Assembly (NCBI GenBank): GCA_946407485.1
Contig: CAMJOE010000001.1
Coordinates: 1-63,557 of the forward strand
Reading direction: 5' to 3'
From: an uncultured Prevotellaceae bacterium
Lineage (GTDB): Bacteria; Bacteroidota; Bacteroidia; Bacteroidales; Bacteroidaceae
Length of the DNA stretch: 63,557 nucleotides
Part shown: in pieces, positions 8,577-14,987 of the stretch
Position numbering within the stretch: the stretch's first letter is position 1
Layout of the letters: every line of letters starts with the position of its first letter
Translations under genes and position numbers: made by a program
Notes under the pieces: model-generated
Databases searched by the model: none
What the model was told of the DNA's origin: nothing
The model's input: the letters and a program-made list of their open reading frames with translations, nothing else

Positions 8577-9698
8577 TCATTTCTTATAATGTTTGTCGTA
8601 GAACTTTTTCTTTACTACTTTGCCTGGGAATGTCTTCTTGCGGATCTGGATGGAAAGCGGGGTGTCGAGCTTTGCGAACTCTGTCTTGACGAGGGCCATG
8701 CAGACGCTCTTGTCGACGCTGAGGCAGTGGTAGCCGGTGGTGACTTCGCCCACCTGCTCTCCCTCCATGTTGAGTACGGGATAGCCATGGCGGGGGATGG
8801 CCTTGTCAGCGAGTTCGATGCCTACGAGCTTCTGTGGGACGCCGTTGGCCTTCTGCTCTGCGAGGGCTTCCTTACCGATGAACTCGGGCTTGTCGAGCTT
8901 GCAGAACATCGAGAGTCCTGCCATGACGGGGGAGATGTCGGCGCTGAGCTCGTCGCCGTAGAGCGGCAGGCCGACCTCGAAGCGCAGCGTGTCGCGGCAT
9001 CCGAGACCGCAGGGCTTGCAGCGTCCGCTCTGGATGAGCTTGTCCCAAGACTGCTGGATGAACGCGTGGGAACCGTAAATCTCGAAGCCGTCCTCGCCGG
9101 TGTAGCCGGTGCGGGAAACTATTATCCCCGACGGAGAACCGTCGGGCACGGTGGCTGGGGAGGCGTCGGGGGCGGCGAGGGCTTTTGCCGTGTAGAACTT
9201 CAGCTCCTGACAGGGGATGCCGAGCACCTCTTCGACGACGGCTTCGGCTTCGGGGCCTTGGACTGCGAGCTGCCCATAAAAGTCGCTCTGGTGGTCGAGG
9301 CAGATGTCGAAGCCTGCTGTGTGCTCCTTCATCCAAGCCACATCCTTGTCGATGTTTGCCGCGTTGATGACGAGGAAGAAATCGTTCTCGCCCATCTTGT
9401 AGACGAGCAGGTCGTCGACCGTTCCGCCGTTGGGATAGAGCATCATACCATAGTATATTTGTCCGACGGGCGCACCGCTGACGTCGTTCGTGAAGATGTG
9501 CTGGACGTAGCGTTCAGCGTCGGGACCAGTGATGCGCACTTCGCCCATGTGACTCACGTCGAAGACGCCGCAATGCTGACGTACGGCATTGTGCTCGTCT
9601 GTGATGTTCGTGTACTGGATGGGCATGATGAATCCGCCGAAGGGCGACATGAGTGCGCCGAGTGCCACGTGGCGGTCATAGAGACATGTCTGTTTCAT
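8577..9698 (-). CDS. gcvT: aminomethyltransferase (glycine cleavage T protein)
   Basis: LYDRH..GA.M..FGG..MP.QY start and VSRTGYTGEDGFEI block are typical of GcvT. Confidence 0.9.
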   Translation of the reverse strand: MKQTCLYDRHVALGALMSPFGGFIMPIQYTNITDEHNAVRQHCGVFDVSHMGEVRITGPDAERYVQHIFTNDVSGAPVGQIYYGMMLYPNGGTVDDLLVYKMGENDFFLVINAANIDKDVAWMKEHTAGFDICLDHQSDFYGQLAVQGPEAEAVVEEVLGIPCQELKFYTAKALAAPDASPATVPDGSPSGIIVSRTGYTGEDGFEIYGSHAFIQQSWDKLIQSGRCKPCGLGCRDTLRFEVGLPLYGDELSADISPVMAGLSMFCKLDKPEFIGKEALAEQKANGVPQKLVGIELADKAIPRHGYPVLNMEGEQVGEVTTGYHCLSVDKSVCMALVKTEFAKLDTPLSIQIRKKTFPGKVVKKKFYDKHYKK

Positions 9699-9776
9699 TT
9701 ACAATTTGACAATTTACGATTTACGATTTATGTACTATTTAGTAATTTAACTATTTACTTCGTGTCTCCCCTCTCC

Positions 9777-10580
9777 TCAGAGAGCGGTCGGGGCTGAGGC
9801 GTCTCGCTTCCCCCAGATGAACCTTGGGTCGAGGTATTCCTGTTCTATTGCCTCGATGTTCCTGACGTCTTCCTCGGTGAGCCGAAGCGTGTCGGAGCAG
9901 AGCTTTTCCACGGCGAAGCGCTTGAACTCGTCGATAGTGAGGTCGGTGTGCTCCTTGAGGAGCGTGATGCGCTGACGCACGCTCTCGACGCCGTGCTTGT
10001 CGAGCTTCTGTCTGGGCGGCGTGATGGCCTGGAGCATGTGTCGCATGTCGGTGTCGAAGAGCATAGTACCGTGGACGATGCTCCACCCGGGGAGGTGGTA
10101 GTAGGCATTGCCCGAGACCTTCCGTCCGCCGATGAGCACGTCGTTGTTCTGCGTGGAGGTGGCATCGAGCCCCAGTTCGCGGAGCATTCCGCAGACCATT
10201 TGCATGTAGGCGCGGAAGGTGGTCTGCACCTGGTCGGAGCGCGTGATGTAGCTCATCATGACGTTTGAGCGGTCGGCATATACGCAGCCGCCGCCGCTCT
10301 TCCGACGATAGAACTCGATGCCGTGCTCGCGGCAGTAGTCGAGGTTCACCTCGTTCTCGATGACCTGGTTTCTGCCGAAGATGACGGTCGGCTCCACTTG
10401 CCAGAGGAAGAGAAGACCAGCCCCCTTCCCCGACCCCTCCCCCGAGGAGGAGGGGAGTTCCGTGCCAAAGAGCCTCCCTCCTCGGGGAGAGGTATGGAGG
10501 GGGGCTGCCGCATACTCCTCCATCGCCAGATAGAAGCTGAGGCGTCGCGTTTCGTCTGAGGGCAGAGCCAAGTATGTCAT
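9777..10580 (-). CDS. lplA: lipoate-protein ligase, catalytic domain only
   Basis: RRKSGGGCVYAD and GRKVSGNAY blocks correspond to the LplA/LipB-fold catalytic motifs. At 267 aa it lacks the LplA C-terminal domain. It carries a 90-bp in-frame repeat insertion. Confidence 0.85.
   Translation of the reverse strand: MTYLALPSDETRRLSFYLAMEEYAAAPLHTSPRGGRLFGTELPSSSGEGSGKGAGLLFLWQVEPTVIFGRNQVIENEVNLDYCREHGIEFYRRKSGGGCVYADRSNVMMSYITRSDQVQTTFRAYMQMVCGMLRELGLDATSTQNNDVLIGGRKVSGNAYYHLPGWSIVHGTMLFDTDMRHMLQAITPPRQKLDKHGVESVRQRITLLKEHTDLTIDEFKRFAVEKLCSDTLRLTEEDVRNIEAIEQEYLDPRFIWGKRDASAPTAL
10418..10507. repeat. G/C-rich double-hairpin palindromic element, in frame in lplA (90 bp)
   Basis: Ends CAGCCCCC / GGGGGCTG. 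Internal CCCCTCCCCCGAGGAGGAGGGG and CCTCCCTCCTCGGGGAGAGG hairpin halves. Confidence 0.75.
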
Positions 10581-10631
10581 GGGCGATGATACGGGTTCGT
10601 CGTGGAAACGTTGTTAGTCGCTTTGCGACTA

Positions 10632-10639
10632 CAAAGATA
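10632..10639 (-). promoter_or_regulatory. Bacteroidota sigma-A -7 box (TAtcTTTG) for lplA/gcv operon
   Basis: TAnnTTTG consensus on the - strand, about 50 nt upstream of ATG 10580. An AT-rich repeat module lies just upstream. Confidence 0.6.
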
Positions 10640-10823
10640 CGAAAAAATTAAGAATTAAGAAAGAAGAATGGTGATTTATTTCGTTCTTTTAGAAAAAATA
10701 ACATAGTAGGCGGACGTCGGGCTGACACTCGGTCGCCCGGCATCACGGCAAAAGCGACTCAAGTCGTCGCCTTGGACGACTCGAATCGGTGCGTTTCGTC
10801 GGTCTATGCTACACGTGGGATGG

Positions 10824-10890
10824 ATTGCTGCATGGCGATGCAGCAATTGCTTCGTCGCCATGCAGCAATTGCTTTGTCGCCATGCAGCAA
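10824..10890. repeat. TTGCTGCATGGCGA-family 22-bp array
   Basis: GCCATGCAGCAATTGCTTYGTC units plus an inverted terminal copy. Partner array at 58798-58863. Confidence 0.75.
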
Positions 10891-10964
10891 ACAAATCGAT
10901 GAGTGGAAAAGGCTCGTAAGAGGTGTGGGGAAGAGCCTTGAAAGGTGCAGGGAAGGGCGTTCCC

Positions 10965-12524
10965 CTACTTCACCAGGACCTTGCGGCCGCCATGGATGTA
11001 GATGCCCTTTGCCTTGGGGCGGACGCTCAGACGGCGTCCGTCGAGCGTAAACCAGGCAGGCGCCGCCGTCCGGCTCTCGGCAAAGACGGGCTCGAGGGCT
11101 GTCGGGTCGGGACTCGCGTCGAGCCAGGCGAAGACCTCTCCGCAGGAGCCCGAGACGAGGTTAATAAAGAAGCGGGTGCCTACCTCCACATGGTCGAGGG
11201 GCGACAGGCTGTCGTCGATGCGGAAGTATTCGCCCTCGTCGTCGAGGTGAGCGTCGCGGAAGGACAGCCAGTTGCCGAAGGGCACCACCATGTCGCCCCT
11301 GGAGTGGACGAACTGGATGCGGTGCTGCGGCTTCCAGCCAAGGCAGAGACTGTTGTCTGCCAATGCGCGGTGGAGGTCGAGGAAGGCCTGGAGCTGGGGC
11401 GTCTCAGCTGTGTCGGAGGCAGGCCCGGCGTTTCCGAAGTTGGCGTTGTCCTTGATGTAGGCGTAGAACTCCGGTGTGAAGAGCTTGTCGAGCTTAGCCC
11501 AGACCGAGTTGCCCGACGGTGAATAGAAGAGCTCCGCCATCTGCTGGGGCGTGTAGTGGCGACCGTTGGCGTCGAGGCCGGCCTGCAGTTGCTGGTACCA
11601 CCGACTGCTCATGTCGCCCGTCGTAAGTTCTTTCGAGGCAATCCAGTCCATGATACCCGTGTCGAGGAACTGCTGCGAGAGGTAGTCCTCGATTGCGTGG
11701 CCCTGCATGGCGGGATGCGTGTCGAGCATGCCTTTTATTATCATGGGCACCACGGCGGGCAGCGTCGCCATGCCCTGTCGGTGCTTGGTCGAGGCGTCGT
11801 AGCTCGTCCCGTCGTCGGTCAGGTAATAGCGGAGCGTCTCGATGAGGTCGTAAGGGCCGTCGCCGCAGATGCTTCCGCGGAAGCGAAGCTCGTCCGAGAG
11901 GCCGTTCTCCTCAATGTGTCGGTGGACCGCCAGCGCCACGGCGCCGCCCTGCGAGTAACCGAAGCTGAAGCTGCGCCAGTCGCTCCGGAAGGCCAGCGCC
12001 CGCTCGTCGTTGACGTGCTTCTGATAGAGCCCGAGGCCGTACTCCACGCCATCGACGACCTGCTGCGCCGTCAGACGCTCCGACAGGTAAGGGTGCGGAC
12101 GGTCCTTGCTCACGCCATAGCCCTCGTAGTCGGGCGCGATGATGACGCAGCGCGAAATGAAGTTGTAGGCGGGGGTAAGGCCCAGCCCGTACTTTCCCTT
12201 AGCAAGCATGCCGAACAGCGTGCGTTCGGTCGTGTTCGAGCTCGACGTGGGGCACTCCCTGTCGGCAGCAATCGTGTAGTGGCTGAAGATGTGGAGCGAC
12301 TCGATGCTGTCCGTCACGACAGGCTTCTTGGGCTGCCAGGCGACGAGCAGCGACGAGAGGACGACGTCCTCGCCATTGGCGCTGTGCGACGGGTAGTTGT
12401 ATTTGTAGAACTTCGCATCCGAGGTCTGATGAATCAGCTCTAAGCTGTCCGACGGCTCTGCCACCTGTGCCGCTGCCCCGCTGAAGCAAAGCAGCAAGGC
12501 AATGATACCTGTAATCTTCCTCAT
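10965..12524 (-). CDS. secreted alpha/beta hydrolase (lipase/esterase-like) with T9SS C-terminal sorting domain
   Basis: Signal peptide ..FSGAAA/QV, nucleophile elbow GYSQGG, C-terminal ..KGIYIHGGRKVLVK as in T9SS type-A CTDs. Confidence 0.65.
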   Translation of the reverse strand: MRKITGIIALLLCFSGAAAQVAEPSDSLELIHQTSDAKFYKYNYPSHSANGEDVVLSSLLVAWQPKKPVVTDSIESLHIFSHYTIAADRECPTSSSNTTERTLFGMLAKGKYGLGLTPAYNFISRCVIIAPDYEGYGVSKDRPHPYLSERLTAQQVVDGVEYGLGLYQKHVNDERALAFRSDWRSFSFGYSQGGAVALAVHRHIEENGLSDELRFRGSICGDGPYDLIETLRYYLTDDGTSYDASTKHRQGMATLPAVVPMIIKGMLDTHPAMQGHAIEDYLSQQFLDTGIMDWIASKELTTGDMSSRWYQQLQAGLDANGRHYTPQQMAELFYSPSGNSVWAKLDKLFTPEFYAYIKDNANFGNAGPASDTAETPQLQAFLDLHRALADNSLCLGWKPQHRIQFVHSRGDMVVPFGNWLSFRDAHLDDEGEYFRIDDSLSPLDHVEVGTRFFINLVSGSCGEVFAWLDASPDPTALEPVFAESRTAAPAWFTLDGRRLSVRPKAKGIYIHGGRKVLVK

Positions 12525-12574
12525 ACGATATGGAGGGATTTAGAGATGTGACGGGATTGTAACGCCGTCAGAAC

Positions 12575-14650
12575 TCAATTGATGATGACTTTCTTTCCGT
12601 TGCTGATGTAGATGCCTTTGGCGCGAGGCTGTCTGCAAGGACGTCCCTGCAGGTCGTACATCGTGCCGTTCTCGCTCAGCTGACCCTCGGAAATCTCCCT
12701 GATGCCGGTACCCGCATTGAGCACCAACTCGAGTCCGCGCTTGGCGTCAATCTTGCCGTGGCCGAACTGTGCGGGCTTGGCTTCGGTAAACGCGTCGGTG
12801 CGGGCGGAGCGGCACACGATGTCCTTCACCTCGGCAGGTGTCAGCTTCGGGTTGGCCTCCAGCCACAGGGCGACGGTTCCGGCCACGGTGGGCGCTGCCA
12901 TCGATGTGCCGCTTTCAGCGTTATAGGGGAAGCCCTGCCAAGTCATCTCGGGACGGTATGGCTTCGGATTGCCTTTATCGTCTTTTTCCACGTTGAAGTG
13001 GCTCACGGCTGCCACTATATTAATGCCTGGAGCACAGATGGTGGGCACATGTACGCCATTAAGGCCGGTGCCGTAGCTGCTCAGTGGGGCAATATCGTTA
13101 AGTGGTTCGTCAATTGAGGGCATAGGTTCATCGTAGAGTGAACGCACCATAGTGTTGGTGGTATAAGCGCCTACGGAAATGCAGGAGGGCGCTGTGGCCC
13201 AGTCGTTTTGCAACATGCCATCCATGCTGCTCAGGAAGCCTGCCCTGCCCTCAGACGTCAGCTCGGCATTGAAGATGTCGAGGCCCACGCCCTGCTTGCT
13301 GCCAATGGTCAGTTCGAGGAAGTAGTCTTCTTGCAGCATACCCATACCGCAAATTTTCATGCGCACCTGGTCGGGCTCACGCGACACGCCTAAACGCAAA
13401 ATGCCACTGAAGCCTTCATCCAGTGCAGGCACTCCCTCGCTGATGATGTCGGGCAGGATGCCCGTCTCGGGATTGAGCATCGGCGATTGCCATAGCGTCT
13501 TCCATTTGTTGCCGCCTTCTTTTTTGACCAGCGACAGGCGCATACAGAGGTCGGCATCCTTTGGCACGAAGCCTTCGATGTTCTCAAATTGATCCTTCAT
13601 GGCAATCATTGAACGCAGCGTATCCGTGTCGCTTTCGAAATCCTTATGAAGATACAGCCGCCTGTTGCCCTCGTTGCCGGCAGAGATGACCAAAGGCACG
13701 CCCTCCTGGCAGATGGCTTCGACAGCCTCCGCTATCTCGCCCTTTCCGTTGTGAGAACCGGTGTTCGTGCCAAGACTCATGCTCACTACCATTGGCTGCT
13801 CACGCTGTTTGGCATATTCTTTCAGGAACACGAGGTCGTAGAAAATACTCTTCGAAGAGATTATCCGGTCGATTGTCATGTTTTCATCACTTGCATCGGG
13901 AGAATAGATGGTGCACAACACGATGTCGGCATCTGGAGCCATGCCGCCGAATCCCTGGGGGCTGCGCGTTCCGGCAGCAATGGAAGCGGTGTGGCTGCCA
14001 TGGTCGCCAGTGGGGAAGTCCGTCGTCAGGGCAGCGATCTGCTCGGGCGTGTCGAAGACGGAGCCGGGCAGTTCCATGCCGTCGGCCGTCACTTTCCTGC
14101 CGCTTTCATCGAAAGGCGAATAGACCGCCTTGATGCGGGAGCGTCCCTCGCTGTCCTTGAAGGCAGGATGCTGGTAATCAAAGCCGCCGTCGAGGAGAGC
14201 AACTGTGATGCCCTTTCCGCTGTAGGACTTGTCGCCCACCATGCCGCGGGTGCCGTCGATGTCCGACACTCCAATCTCGCCGCGCGATATGTCGGTCAGC
14301 TGCTTGGGAGCTGGGCCGCCCGTGCCGATACGCAGTACGCCCTGCATATCCTCCACTTGCTGCAAGACGTCGAGAGGAATGGCTGCTGCCACTTGCTGCC
14401 CCAGGCGTCCCTGCAGCTTAACGCCCATGGTGCGCAAGGCATCAAGCGTCTTGTCGGCGCGCGTCTCGTCGAGTTTGATGATGGCACTCAATGTGCCGGC
14501 AGATGCAGCAGCAGCGGCTCTTGTCCGCTTCGCAGCCTGATGCTTTTCCACCTGCATGCGGGCATCAAGCGTCAGTTTGTTGCTCGTCTGTGCCACCATA
14601 GACGTCGAAACGCAGAAGAGCAGAGCATTTAAGATCAGTCGTCTTTTCAT
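12575..14650 (-). CDS. S8 subtilisin-like serine protease with T9SS C-terminal sorting domain
   Basis: Triad blocks ALLDGGFD (Asp), HGSHTASIAAG (His) and SGTSMAAPTVAG (Ser). Signal peptide ..SMVA/QT. C-terminal KGIYISNGKKVIIN. Confidence 0.85.
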   Translation of the reverse strand: MKRRLILNALLFCVSTSMVAQTSNKLTLDARMQVEKHQAAKRTRAAAAASAGTLSAIIKLDETRADKTLDALRTMGVKLQGRLGQQVAAAIPLDVLQQVEDMQGVLRIGTGGPAPKQLTDISRGEIGVSDIDGTRGMVGDKSYSGKGITVALLDGGFDYQHPAFKDSEGRSRIKAVYSPFDESGRKVTADGMELPGSVFDTPEQIAALTTDFPTGDHGSHTASIAAGTRSPQGFGGMAPDADIVLCTIYSPDASDENMTIDRIISSKSIFYDLVFLKEYAKQREQPMVVSMSLGTNTGSHNGKGEIAEAVEAICQEGVPLVISAGNEGNRRLYLHKDFESDTDTLRSMIAMKDQFENIEGFVPKDADLCMRLSLVKKEGGNKWKTLWQSPMLNPETGILPDIISEGVPALDEGFSGILRLGVSREPDQVRMKICGMGMLQEDYFLELTIGSKQGVGLDIFNAELTSEGRAGFLSSMDGMLQNDWATAPSCISVGAYTTNTMVRSLYDEPMPSIDEPLNDIAPLSSYGTGLNGVHVPTICAPGINIVAAVSHFNVEKDDKGNPKPYRPEMTWQGFPYNAESGTSMAAPTVAGTVALWLEANPKLTPAEVKDIVCRSARTDAFTEAKPAQFGHGKIDAKRGLELVLNAGTGIREISEGQLSENGTMYDLQGRPCRQPRAKGIYISNGKKVIIN

Positions 14651-14709
14651 AATAAATAGATAGTTATGTGATTGGCTTACTTATGAGATTCGAGGGCAGC
14701 GTCTTTAGC

Positions 14710-14746
14710 AAAACAGGCAGACAGCCTCTTTTTAGCTATCTGCCTG
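14710..14746 (-). terminator. hairpin terminator after tRNA-Leu
   Basis: CAGGCAGA/TCTGCCTG stem followed by TTTT on the - strand. Confidence 0.5.
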
Positions 14747-14752
14747 CTTGCG

Positions 14753-14834
14753 TACCCCGAGCCGGGGTCGAACCGGCACAGGTTTCCCTATCGGTGTTTG
14801 AGACCGACGCGTCTACCGATTCCGCCATCGGGGC
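14753..14834 (-). tRNA. tRNA-Leu (anticodon CAA)
   Basis: Reverse complement folds as a cloverleaf: acceptor GCCCCGA/TCGGGGT, anticodon arm TCGGT-CTCAAAC-ACCGA, long variable arm, T arm GCCGG-TTCGACC-CCGGC. No encoded CCA. Confidence 0.85.
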
Positions 14835-14845
14835 TTAACCGGGTG

Positions 14846-14853
14846 CAAAGGTA
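14846..14853 (-). promoter_or_regulatory. -7 box (TAccTTTG) for tRNA-Leu
   Basis: 11 nt upstream of the tRNA 5' end. A heptamer array covers the -20 to -45 region. Confidence 0.65.
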
Positions 14854-14861
14854 AGAAAAAA

Positions 14862-14890
14862 AGTTCATAGTTCATAGTTCATAGTTCATA
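14862..14890. repeat. heptamer array AGTTCAT x4
   Basis: Direct reading. Abuts the tRNA-Leu promoter. Confidence 0.9.
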
Positions 14891-14958
14891 TTTTTTTGTT
14901 TTAGTGTTCTTTTTGTGCTTTTTCACTTAATCTTTAATCTTTATTCTCTAATCTTTTT

Positions 14959-14966
14959 ATAACTTT
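14959..14966 (+). promoter_or_regulatory. -7 box (TAacTTTG) for sulfatase
   Basis: 21 nt upstream of ATG 14988. Confidence 0.6.
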
Positions 14967-14987
14967 GTACGTGCAAAACCATGAATT

